A DNA stretch of 64,000 nt from a bacterium. Lineage in GTDB: Bacteria > AUK180. The notes beneath the pieces were generated by a model that saw nothing but the letters and a program-made list of their open reading frames with translations, made no database searches and was not told where the DNA came from. The stretch is taken from contig JAGLGN010000020.1 of assembly GCA_023144005.1 (NCBI GenBank), positions 10,941-74,940 of the forward strand, read 5' to 3'. This document shows, piece by piece, positions 47,755-58,600 of the stretch. Numbering within the stretch: position 1 is the stretch's first letter; every line of letters begins with the position of its first letter. The translations under genes were made by a program, and so were the position numbers.

Positions 47755-48656
47755 CTGACTCCCCTTTTCATTCTCTTCACCATATATCCGGGCGATATCT
47801 TGATCTTCCTCTGAACAAAGATCCAGAAATGCACTCTTTCAAACATATTAAGATTTCGGTTCATTCTGAATATATGCCTGAAAAATCCATTATCCACTCG
47901 GTATTCTTTCAAATTTTCGTATAATGTCTCAGTGATATCAAGATCACGCCGGAATCCCATTTCTGAAAGCAACTCTCTGTCCGCTTGAGAAAATATCCCC
48001 TCATTTTTCATCAGCCCCCATTCAAGGATGTGATATACACGGTTCACATAATAATGATAGATTAGATGCAATGCCGCCAAAGCACCGGGCGACTCCAGCA
48101 ACTTCTGCTCCATATCTGTAGCGATCTCAAATAATCGCCAATGCAATTCGATCTGAAGCTTCATACCGCTTTTATTGCCTGAAAGGGTGATATGCGACCT
48201 TCCTTTTCTTTTTTCACCGCTGACGGATCCACTTGGAATAAACCCGTCGCTCTTTAATTTCATCAATAACGGGTCAATATCCTCCGGGGGGCATATCAGG
48301 TCAAGATCGGACATAAAGCGCATTCCGGAACGACCAGCATAGACCTTTCTAAGCAGAGAACCGCCCTTAAACGCCCTGACATTGGAGAAATCCTCGGCTA
48401 TCACATCAAGCATCTCCGAGATAATGGTGTTTCTCAGTAAGTTCACATTGTATTCATTCTCAAGGTAGGAGTACAATCGCGGACTGTCTTTCAGAAGAAT
48501 TCTGCCATCCTTGATATTTTGGAAAGCGATACCGCCGGTTTTATGAAATTCCATCATCTTCATGACCCCGATACCATCCTTTACCCTTAATTGTTCTCTT
48601 TCGCGTGGCAGGATCAGGCGGAGAAAATCACTCTCATAGTCTTTCCAGGAATTCAT
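47748..48656 (-). CDS. nucleotidyltransferase (NTP_transf_5-like, lasso-peptide-cluster type)
   Basis: FKGGSL...Y...R.MSDLDL...IELHW motifs. Confidence 0.8.
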   Translation of the reverse strand: MNSWKDYESDFLRLILPREREQLRVKDGIGVMKMMEFHKTGGIAFQNIKDGRILLKDSPRLYSYLENEYNVNLLRNTIISEMLDVIAEDFSNVRAFKGGSLLRKVYAGRSGMRFMSDLDLICPPEDIDPLLMKLKSDGFIPSGSVSGEKRKGRSHITLSGNKSGMKLQIELHWRLFEIATDMEQKLLESPGALAALHLIYHYYVNRVYHILEWGLMKNEGIFSQADRELLSEMGFRRDLDITETLYENLKEYRVDNGFFRHIFRMNRNLNMFERVHFWIFVQRKIKISPGYMVKRMKRGVRW

Positions 48657-49437
48657 CTATATCCTTGACCGTCCTCCATTTAAATCGCATTGTCGACGCG
48701 AATGCACAGGGAAGCATTTCAATCCCCTCGGAGAAGTCCAGGGATGTATAGAACTCAAATGGGTGTATTATTGATTCCAGAGGCAGATCTTGCCCCCTTC
48801 TTGGCATTATAAGATGCAGGCTGCTGTCCTTGAACACCTCAACTTTTTTCGGACATTTCTCAAAAAGACAGATATCGCCGCCCATGATCTCCGAATACAG
48901 CGGTTGGACACACGGGTGATATTTCTGCGTCAGATAGAGGTCTCTCGGAATATATGAAAATCCTTCTGCTCCAATGAGAAGGTATTCGTCGGTGAAATAC
49001 TCAGCCCCTGATCTTATCATTCGCGCAGAAACCGTACTTTTACCGGAGCCGCTCAGCCCGCCGATCGCGAAAAACTTGTCTTTATACTTCAAAAGCGCTG
49101 AATGCAGGGCAAAAAACCTTTCTTTCAACCGTAGAGTTATATGATAACGGATCCAATTAGCGATTATCAGCTCCCTGTCAAAATCCAATTTCCCCGAATA
49201 GTATACATAATTAGCGTCTGAACTCTGATACAGCTCCATACCCATTATGGAAAAAAACCGACCGGCGAAACGCTCGGGGCGGCCATGGATAAAGAGGAGT
49301 GCGCCTTTATGATATGAGGGAATGCCTTCAGGGAAATTGCTTTTTACGGCAGAAACAAAACCACGGGGCCCCTGTATGGAAACAGGGACATTCAGAAGTT
49401 CAAAACCATAGTATTCTAATGCTTTAGCCATAACCAC
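48634..49437 (-). CDS. HPr kinase-related P-loop kinase
   Basis: LHSA...GLSGSGKST...FTDE motifs. Confidence 0.8.
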   Translation of the reverse strand: MVMAKALEYYGFELLNVPVSIQGPRGFVSAVKSNFPEGIPSYHKGALLFIHGRPERFAGRFFSIMGMELYQSSDANYVYYSGKLDFDRELIIANWIRYHITLRLKERFFALHSALLKYKDKFFAIGGLSGSGKSTVSARMIRSGAEYFTDEYLLIGAEGFSYIPRDLYLTQKYHPCVQPLYSEIMGGDICLFEKCPKKVEVFKDSSLHLIMPRRGQDLPLESIIHPFEFYTSLDFSEGIEMLPCAFASTMRFKWRTVKDIDEFLERL

Positions 49438-50954
49438 ACCAGTCCTAATAACGCGATTATCATCGCGGGAAGGGTCGAGAAGGGGTGAACACTATTTCGG
49501 GGAAACTTCTTCTTCTCGCCCTCACGGGAAAATTTCCGAAGAATTGTTTGGTATTTCTCTTCATTGAATCCCGAGTTAAGCTCCTCTATAAGCGGCGAGA
49601 GCGCGAAATACTTTCTCTTGACAGTAAAGGCGGTATTATTTCTGACACATTCCATCTCCACTTCGATCTTATCCTCGCGCGGCGTGAAGGAAAAGCCATT
49701 TTCTAATTTTCTCGCTTCCCCGCCGGAGATCTTGATATTCCTGATCTCCATATCAGATGAAATGAATACCTCTTCCCCTATATGAGGGATCACTTGTGAA
49801 AGTTCCACTCTGCGGTCCATTTTTAATTGAGTGACGAATACCTCAAGAGCCATTGTGAGTTCTTCCAGCAATGCTGAATCGGTATTTTTGATCTCATCCA
49901 CATGAAAGCCGGTCTTTGAGAAATAATAAAAATGATCGTACTTTCCGAAGATATCAAGGCCGGCAAGAGTGAATTCGCTCTTTATCTTCATATCTCCGCC
50001 GGAAACACAAATGGCAGACCTATGAGTTTCTGCCAAACCCGACATTCCTATGTGCATGACGGGAATTCTTGATCTCATTGCTGCGGGAAGATCGTAATAG
50101 ATGATCCCATCAGCGTTCTTGGGAGCTGCCTTGCCGATATATGTCGGCAGAGGTTCGCAGCCCAGATACTTCAATGTTCTGGAAACTGTACCGATATCCG
50201 CAGAGGGATATCTATAGACAATAACGACCTCGGGTTTAGCTTTGAGAACAATGATGTCCCTGTTCGCACCGTCATCGCCCGAAACTTCGTCTCCGGTATC
50301 CAGAAATACCTGAAGATTATATGTACCCGGAGCAAGCGGCCGCAATTTCAGATCACGCAGGTTCATGCCCTCAATAAGGTTCCAACTGCCCGTCTCGAGC
50401 ACCGCGCCGTCCAGATAGGATCTGTATGTGACCTCCTTATCTTCTTTTGAAAAGATGCTTATGATGACCGGGGCCATCGCATCATATATCATGCTTCCCG
50501 GCGAAAGTGAAAAAACTGTAATAGAGTTCTTCATCACAGCGAAATTTTTCTCGGGTATCAATTTCACAGGGAAGTTCCCATTATAAAGCACTTGATCAGT
50601 AAAATTAAAATCTGAATTGTATGAGACCTTTTTCCCGGACAATCCCGAATACAGACATAGGGTTATCAGGTCGGAATTGATCGGCGAACTTCCCCTCATT
50701 ATACCCTTGAATGTCTGGATCTGCCCATCTTCTATGACCTTGGATGATCTCATCCGATCCTTGTATCTGCTCATTGAATATGAATTATCGACGATCTCCA
50801 ACGCTTCTCCGGAGAAGGATCTGCTGATAATATAGAAATTGAAGAAAAGCATGGCAAGGATGATGAACGGGATCAAAGCGGGCAAACTCCGGATGTTTCT
50901 CCTGTGTGATATGAGGTAATATGTGATTACAAGCAGGAGGAATATTAGAAACAT
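49416..50954 (-). CDS. membrane protein with a degenerate vWA-like motif and an Ig-like domain
   Basis: N- and C-terminal TM helices; VDNSYSM (DxSxS); G.N...PG.Y...DE..GDD.AN Ig-like segment. Confidence 0.6.
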   Translation of the reverse strand: MFLIFLLLVITYYLISHRRNIRSLPALIPFIILAMLFFNFYIISRSFSGEALEIVDNSYSMSRYKDRMRSSKVIEDGQIQTFKGIMRGSSPINSDLITLCLYSGLSGKKVSYNSDFNFTDQVLYNGNFPVKLIPEKNFAVMKNSITVFSLSPGSMIYDAMAPVIISIFSKEDKEVTYRSYLDGAVLETGSWNLIEGMNLRDLKLRPLAPGTYNLQVFLDTGDEVSGDDGANRDIIVLKAKPEVVIVYRYPSADIGTVSRTLKYLGCEPLPTYIGKAAPKNADGIIYYDLPAAMRSRIPVMHIGMSGLAETHRSAICVSGGDMKIKSEFTLAGLDIFGKYDHFYYFSKTGFHVDEIKNTDSALLEELTMALEVFVTQLKMDRRVELSQVIPHIGEEVFISSDMEIRNIKISGGEARKLENGFSFTPREDKIEVEMECVRNNTAFTVKRKYFALSPLIEELNSGFNEEKYQTILRKFSREGEKKKFPRNSVHPFSTLPAMIIALLGLVWLWLKH

Positions 50955-52009
50955 TACTCTTTCAGTTTAAGCACGCTTTTTAATATGATGGCTGCATTTA
51001 ATGCGAAATCCTGAAGTAAAACCTCGTCATCTCTGGAGAACTTATATTTCTCTACTGATTCCAGGTTGAGAACACCGATCACCTTAGCATCAATAATAAG
51101 CGGGGCGGCCATTTCCGAGTTCATCTTCGAATCCGCTTCAGAAATGTATCTCTTGTCATCCCTGACATTATTGATCCGAATTACTCTTTTCTCTTTTGCC
51201 GCCAAGCCGGTAACTCCGCTTCCAAACGGTATTTTGGTCGCCTTCACGAATTGGTCACTTGTTCCGTGCGCAGAAAAAATATCGAGACTGTCCTCCTTCT
51301 CATTGACCAGAAGGATCGCTGCGGATTCCGCGTTAAATATTTCGATGAGCTTCTTTACGATGAGGTCGATAACTCTTTTGGGTTCTAGATTAAGCAGCAG
51401 AAGACGGTCTATCCGGCGGAGATCTTCCAGTTCTTTCAACCTTTTCTTTTCTTTCTGATGCATCAAAGCGTTCTGAAGTATGAGCTTATAGAAGGGTATC
51501 ATGATCTCGTAAAGGCGAAGGTCATGTTCATCAAAATCCTGTCCGTCAAATCTGTCCGCGACGAAAAGATAGGCAATAACATCATTTTGAAGCATTATGG
51601 GTTCGAAGATACCGGAAAAGATATTGAAATCTGAAAACAATTTATTGAATACGGGATAATCCTTGATATTCTCCGGTGAAATGAGAAATCTCTTATTCTT
51701 CTGGAAAAGTTTTTTTATGCCTGCATTTCTTTCGGTAAAATGGGTGAATTCATTCTTGTCAATACCGAAAGTATACAGAGGCAGAAAGAGCTCTTTCTTA
51801 TCATCAAAATGATAGATAGCCGCTTTGCCGGCTCGAATAAGATGCATGACACTCGTTGCGATCCCCCATGTGGTGTCCAGAAAATTTTCAAAGGATTTCG
51901 GCAGAAGGGAATTGATCTCCTCCAATATGGCGACGATCTCCCGGGTATTGATCCTCTCTTCAAGGTCTTTTATATTAAGATTAAAAAGTTCCTTGAAGAA
52001 ATTTTTCAT
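50954..52009 (-). CDS. tandem GAF-domain protein with no output domain
   Basis: two GAF-like units joined by a coiled coil; GVTGLAA...DKRY...SEMAAPL...IGVLNLES. Confidence 0.82.
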   Translation of the reverse strand: MKNFFKELFNLNIKDLEERINTREIVAILEEINSLLPKSFENFLDTTWGIATSVMHLIRAGKAAIYHFDDKKELFLPLYTFGIDKNEFTHFTERNAGIKKLFQKNKRFLISPENIKDYPVFNKLFSDFNIFSGIFEPIMLQNDVIAYLFVADRFDGQDFDEHDLRLYEIMIPFYKLILQNALMHQKEKKRLKELEDLRRIDRLLLLNLEPKRVIDLIVKKLIEIFNAESAAILLVNEKEDSLDIFSAHGTSDQFVKATKIPFGSGVTGLAAKEKRVIRINNVRDDKRYISEADSKMNSEMAAPLIIDAKVIGVLNLESVEKYKFSRDDEVLLQDFALNAAIILKSVLKLKE

Positions 52010-52347
52010 TTTACCGCTTCCACTCCTGATTCCCCTGTTCTGATCCTGACAGCATCTTCAACATTCTCGACCCAGATCTTACCATCGCCCATACGGCCTG
52101 TTTGCAGAAATTCCTGCAATTCCAAAATAATATCCTCAACTTCTTCATCAAGGACAAGGGTCTCCATTTTCATCTTTGGAAGAAGGTTTATCTTGAATTC
52201 TTTCCCTGAAATGAGCTCTTTATGGCCATATTGACGGCCGAACCCCCTAACTTCGTTGAAGGTCGCGCCTTTTATCTTAGTACCTTTAATGAATTCCAAT
52301 AATTCCAATTCATCCCTCCTTTTGAATATTACAGTAACCTTTTTCAT
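52006..52347 (-). CDS. glnB: divergent P-II nitrogen regulatory protein
   Basis: GFGRQ.G, LPK, TGRMGDGKIW, RIRTGE motifs; T-loop Tyr51 position is Phe. Confidence 0.88.
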   Translation of the reverse strand: MKKVTVIFKRRDELELLEFIKGTKIKGATFNEVRGFGRQYGHKELISGKEFKINLLPKMKMETLVLDEEVEDIILELQEFLQTGRMGDGKIWVENVEDAVRIRTGESGVEAVK

Positions 52348-52363
52348 ATGTTTCCCACGTTAT

Positions 52364-52392
52364 ATTATGCAGAATAATGGGCAAAAAGTCAA
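52364..52392 (-). promoter_or_regulatory. sigma70 promoter of the P-II operon
   Basis: TTGACT-17 nt-CATAAT. Confidence 0.6.
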
Positions 52393-52400
52393 ATATTAAC

Positions 52401-52620
52401 CTAGTGTTCTGATTCATGAAATAGAGGCTAGAGGTTCGAGGTTGGTGAAGGGAAGATTGTTCAAAAGTTCAAGGTTAAGGTAAAATCTCTTTTTACTCTA
52501 TCTTATAATTGTCAACTGTCAATTGTGTATAATCATCCTTTAGTTTCCCACTTGTCACTTGTGCTCTTGTCACTTGTGCTCCTATCAACCATTGTCATCG
52601 TATTTATGAATCAAAACACT
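52401..52620. mobile_element. second element with the same terminal inverted repeats as 12629-12902 but a different interior
   Basis: left CTAGTGTTCTGATTCAT; right CCATTGTCATCGTATTTATGAATCAAAACACT (cf. 12869-12900); interior made of heptamer repeats. Confidence 0.7.
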
Positions 52621-52630
52621 GTTAAAAAAC

Positions 52631-52659
52631 TTGAAAAAAAGTTGAAAATGGTATAAAAT
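52631..52659 (+). promoter_or_regulatory. promoter of the TPR operon, predicting a leaderless mRNA
   Basis: TTGAAA-17 nt-TAAAAT with 6 nt between the -10 and the ATG; no SD. Confidence 0.55.
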
Positions 52660-52665
52660 TCCTTT

Positions 52666-55600
52666 ATGGGGCAGAAAGAGGAACTTCAGATCTATTTGAA
52701 CCGAGTTCAAAGCAAGGTAGCCGGGGAATCCGATTATCTTAATGCGATCCAGATATTCGCGGATCTCAAAAATTTTCCAAGGGTTATCACATTATCACAG
52801 CAGGGATTGGAGAATTTTCCGGATGAAGGGATATTCCATTACTGGTACGCCTTCGCTTCCTTTTACCTTAAGAAGTTCGAAGCCGCGTTCACAAGTGTCA
52901 ATCTCGCGGTGAACAACAATACTGAACATCTGGATTCTATTCTGCTCGGATACAGGATATCTATCGAGTCCTCTGATCCCGACAACGCCTTGATCTTTTT
53001 GAAATTAGGCGCGGATCGTTTCCCCGACGAAAGCGAAATGCATCAGACCATATTTGATTTTTTTGATAATAACGGTGAATTCGTTTCCAATCACGTCAAT
53101 CTTATTACATCGGTTTATGCCAACGGAGAAAAACGGCTGGGAAAATTCCTTCTTGACACCTTCTACTCCGGCAAGATCACCACTGAACAGGCACTTGATG
53201 TATATATCGAGAATTTCTCCCAAAAAAGCGATGACAAAGACTTCTCGAGATTCGTCTGTAGTATCATCATAAAGGATGAGAGGACGGATAAACCCGCGTT
53301 ATCGGTTCTGCAGGGTGTTTATGACAGCGGCAATAAATCAAAGGCCGTGGTCGGATATCTCTCGGATGTCTCTGCTGCCAAGGGCGCTTGGGGAGATGAG
53401 AATCAGATACTTTATGAACATGCTGTCGAACTGAACTGCGCTACTTACTCCGTTTTCAAACTTCTGGCGAATAAATATATCTTACTGCAGCTCAAAGATG
53501 AAAATTCCCTTGATGTCATTTTTCAGTATTTCCTCTTTGAACCGGACAATAAAGACACCATAACATATCTGATCCCCTTTGTTCTGAAGAAGAAAACATA
53601 CACCGAGGATGAAAAGAATTTCCTGAAGATCGCATTTCGGCTCTTTCCCGATAATTTTGATATCTTCGCGAAGCTTGTCGAGAATATGCTCTTTGATGTC
53701 AACGAAGTCATTGACAATCTGACATTTCTCCAGAGGTATATAGAGGAATTCCCCCAGTCAGAAGCTGCCATAAAACTACTTGGCTCGGCCTATCTGAAAT
53801 TAGGAAGAAAGGACTCCGAGGCGCTTTTCATCTATGAAAAATTCGTAAGGTTCAATTCGGATAGCCTTGAGTTGATCTCTATCCTTACCGAATACTATCT
53901 CTCCGAGAACCGCCGCAGCCGATTGGCGATAATCATCTATGAGAAGGCGTTCCAAATGGGGCTTACTTCCAAAGGGCTTTTCGGAATACTCGCCCTTTAT
54001 TACCTTGACAATCAATCCATTACAGACAGCAACATACCGATCTTCATCAGCGTTTTCAACAATTTAAGAAAGGATCCCCAACCCTATTCCAATTTTCTGA
54101 ATACATTGTCCGGGGCGATCCTGAAGAAAAAGATCACTATCACGGAGAATGAGTTCTTCTTCGAATCCCTGAAAGACATTATCAAGATCCTTCAGCCGCA
54201 GGAGGATATATTCTATTCCGCATTCGTAAAACTGGGCATTTCACTCCATAAGATCGACAATGACTCATTTGAGATCTACAAAAGGCTGATCGCGAAGTTC
54301 AAGGCCTCTAAGAAATTCCTCATGCTTCTTTTCGATGCCTATTCCTCGCGTAATGTCGTGGATGAAGAGGGACGCTCCGTTATGGAAGCGATCTATGAGA
54401 AACTCTCTGAATCGGACAAGCAAAAGGCAACGCTTCTTCTATCCCAGTATTACATGGATAACAAGATAAAAGACGATTTTGCGGGCGGTATTATTTCCAA
54501 AGCGAATTCTCTTATTAAAGATGGTGTTAAACTTGAAGGGAATCTCGAAAAACTGGTACAGTACGCGGTAAAGAACGAGAAAAAGGATAGCGAGACCTTA
54601 GAGCTTTACTTCAGGTACCTTCAGATCAATCAGGAGAATCCTGCGGTGTTCAGATCAGCATGTGAGCTAATTGTGGATAAGGCGATCTTTGAAAAGAAAT
54701 TCCTTTCGATCATGAAGAAGGGAATGGAGCTCTTTGATGACTGGAGAGAACTGTTCAATCATTATGCGGTCGCCTTGGCGAAGAACAAGATCCGCGAATC
54801 GGATTCTTATCCAATCTGGGAAAGATTCATTCTCTCCGGGAACAAGGACGACTCCATCGTAATCGAACTCCTGTCACATTATATCAATAAAGGCACATTG
54901 GACAGAAAAGCAGAGAGAGTATTTTCTTTTGCCATGGGCATCGGATATAAGAACGCGGAGATACTTCTTCAATACTCCCGCATCCTTGCAAAGGACGGAA
55001 ATTATAATAAACTTATCAATGTCATCAGCGATCTGATAAAATTCGACATCAAGGAAGTGGAAGATATCAAGTTCATAGCGGATACATTGCTATTTTATGC
55101 CAAATTTGATGTCCTGGAGAAATTTCTCGGTAAATACTCAGACAAATCCGAATTCATCCTTCGCTATAAATTAAGAAATCTCTTTTATTCGAATAAGCTG
55201 GCGGATAATGAAGAATGCCTGGCACGTTTTGTCTCAAAATACAAGATCAAGGACAATAACGCCGATATCTACGAATTCTACGGCGACTTTTATTTCTACG
55301 AAAAACGTGACCTTAAGAAAGCCATTCACGGATACAGTGAGTATTTGAAAATGTCGCCCAATGACGCGCTGATCCTTTATAAAGCCACCATTTGTGTCCT
55401 GGAGATAGGAGATACCTACTCCGCCCTGAAGTATGTCAAGAAGCTGCTGCTTTTCAGAGAACATGATATTGAAGCTCAGAAGATTGCGGCGAATATACAT
55501 TTCAAGCTGGGGCAATACCCCGAAGCATCGGGCTTTTATAAGAGGATCATATCGGTTGGATACAAGGATACCGAGATACTGAAGAATTACGCATTAGCGC

Positions 55601-58600
55601 TTTTCTTCTCACAGCAGTATTACTCCGCCATTGACCTCTTCAGAGAGATCCTCACCGACGACCCGAATAATCAGGAACTCCTTCTTAACCTTGCATATGC
55701 CTATACCTATATTGATTTCAAGGAAGAAGCCGAAGATACACTGAGAAAGATCATTGACAATAACCCGCAGAATAAAGAAGCGCTCTTCGCGCTTTTCGCC
55801 ATATACCTTGAAGATGTAAGAGCTGATGAACATGCCGAGGGGCTCTTCAATCTCGTATTGAAAATGGACCCCGAAAATCTCGATGCCTTAAAAATGCTTT
55901 CAATGATCTACGGAAAGCTCGGCCGAAATGATGAGCGGGCAATAAGCATTTATGTCAAGATCCTGGATTACGGAGAACCTCCCCCGGAAATAATCAAGAT
56001 ACTGGCGAATAAGCTCAATGAAGAAGGCTCCGGACTGCATGGACAGTTCAGGATCAAGATATTCTCCAGGGCCGTCGAGTTCTTCCCTTCCAATGAGAAG
56101 TACTGGGTCTCTCTGATAGATCTGATCTCCGAAGAATTGGAATTAGAACCCTTTACAAAGATACTTGAAGCCGCATATGAAAAGAAGATCAGAATATCTG
56201 TCTGCGCGGAAAAACTCGCGAAACTGGCCTATGACAAGGGCGAAATTGACAAGGCCTTGATCTATGCGAAGACCGTGCTGGCGCATAATCCGTATAAGAG
56301 CGAAATATATAACCTGGTTGGCGAGATACTGATCGAAAAAGGCTCATTGGAAGAAGCAAAGGATGTATTGAATAATGCCTTGATATATGACTCGGGAAAT
56401 TTCTACGCTTATTTGAACTCAGCCAAGGTCATGCATTTGATGAAGAATTTCCCCCTCGCTCTTAAATATCTGGAACGATCACTTAATATAAACAAGTACT
56501 ATCTTCCGGGAATACTCCTCTACGCGGAAATTTCCGTGGAAAGGAATATTAATCTTGACAATGCGAAGAACGCGCTCAAATTCGTCAAAGATATCTATCA
56601 GTCAAATTGGGAAATATCCTACTGGCTGGCCGTGATCAACAATTTAAAGGGAGATTCAGAACTTGCTTTGATGCAGATCGACGAAGCTCTCGGTTTTGAA
56701 TTGAACCTGGAATCAGTTCTACTGAAGGCGGAAATTCTGAAGCAGGACGGAAAATACCAGGAAGCTTTGGATTTTCTAAATCAACAGAAAGATGAACTTA
56801 ACGCGCCTGAACTTTTCAACGCTTTGGGGCAATTGTACTTCGATTTGGACGATATAGAATCATCAAAGGAAGCTTATTCACTGGCGGTATCGATCGATCC
56901 TAATTTTATTCAAACCCAGATAGCTTTAGCGAAACTGCATTATTCTGTGGATAAGGACCTCGAGACCGCGAAGGTAGAATTCATGAATATTCTGGAATTC
57001 AACGCCGAAAATGAAGAGGCGCAGAGATTTTTGGGCAAGATCCATTACCGCAAGAAAGAATATAAAGAAGCATTAAAAGTTTATATGCGGGTTTTTGAAT
57101 ATCTGGATTATGAGGATCTGAAATACCTCACTTCGATATACTTCATGAGAGGGCTTTTTGATGAAGTCCTTGAATTAGCGGCGAATCTTATACAGCAGAG
57201 AAGTGACGACCTGGATGTTGTCACCATTCTTTTTGAAACCTACTGCGCATTGCAGCTCTATGACAAGGCCATTGACGCTTTCCAGACCTTGAGGATAAAT
57301 GATTCTGAAAGAGCTCAGGAGTATTTCGAGAAGTATTTCGGAATTCTTATTTCTTCAGGAAATTACAAGAAACTCCGTGAAGAATTGCAGGAACTCATTA
57401 AGGATCAGAGGTACGGGGCAAAGTATGCCGAGTACTTCTTCTTTCTTGAATACATACTCTTTAACACCAAATTCGAGGATATCAAATTCCTTCTGAAGTT
57501 CCTTCTCGACAAAAAACAGGATAAGATAGATTTCAAGAAGAACAGAGACCTTATGCTTTTCCACATCCTTCTTCAGGAAAACGCCTTCTCTTCGATCGAT
57601 ACTTTCATTCATATCTTTAACAAAGAAGATGATACCATTCGTTTCCTTACAGCCATGTATTATGTCAAAAGCGGCAAGGAAAAGGGCGCGTTGAATCTAT
57701 TGAAGAGTTTTCACGAATATTGGTCAAGGCCTTATTTCACTCCATTCCTAGGCTACTCAAAAAAGATATTCGTACACCTTAAGGAAAGGTACAGGTTCAA
57801 CCGGATCTGGGAAATGCTGGCTAATCAGGATATCAGAGATGAGAAAGATTATTGGTACAAGATCTTTCTTAAATACGCTGAAGAAAAATTAGGCGAAAAA
57901 TTCCTTGAGAAGAACAAGATCGACAAGGGACTGCATACATTACACTCCCGATTGGAAAGATATGAGCTGGCAAAGGGGAAAAAGGACTCTGATCTGAACT
58001 CGGATCTCTTTTTGAAGATGTATCAGTTGTATTTCTTCCTGGAGGGGGATTTCAAGGAATGTCAGAAGATCGCCAAGAAGAATGATCAGCTACCGGGACT
58101 CCTGTTCTCAAAGGACCTCTTTACCGAACTTGCCAAGAAAAAAACTGACAATAAGAAGATCATGACATTGGTTTCCAAAGAGCTCCTCATCGATGAGGTT
58201 CCCTATTTCATTGACTTCCTGTATGAATACAAGATACCTGAACTCGCTAAAATGACGATACTTGACGCTGACAAGAAAAAATTGACAGAACATCACTCTG
58301 AGATCCTCTACAATTTATATGAAAAGGGCCTTCTGGAGCCCAATAAAGAAATAGAGGCGATATTATCCAACTCAAGATCGTGCAATGCGCGCTTCCTCTT
58401 GCGCAACGGAAGATATGAAGAGGCCTATAAGACAGTCATGGAGATGAATTATCTGGAGTTCACATCCCCGGGTAATTGCAATAGCGTCATGGAAGCAATG
58501 AGGGTCAATGAGGATTACGATCAATTGCTGACCTATCGCTTTAGATATATCGACCCTTCATTCGCCAATGACAATACCAATCTGTATTCCGCTATCGCCC

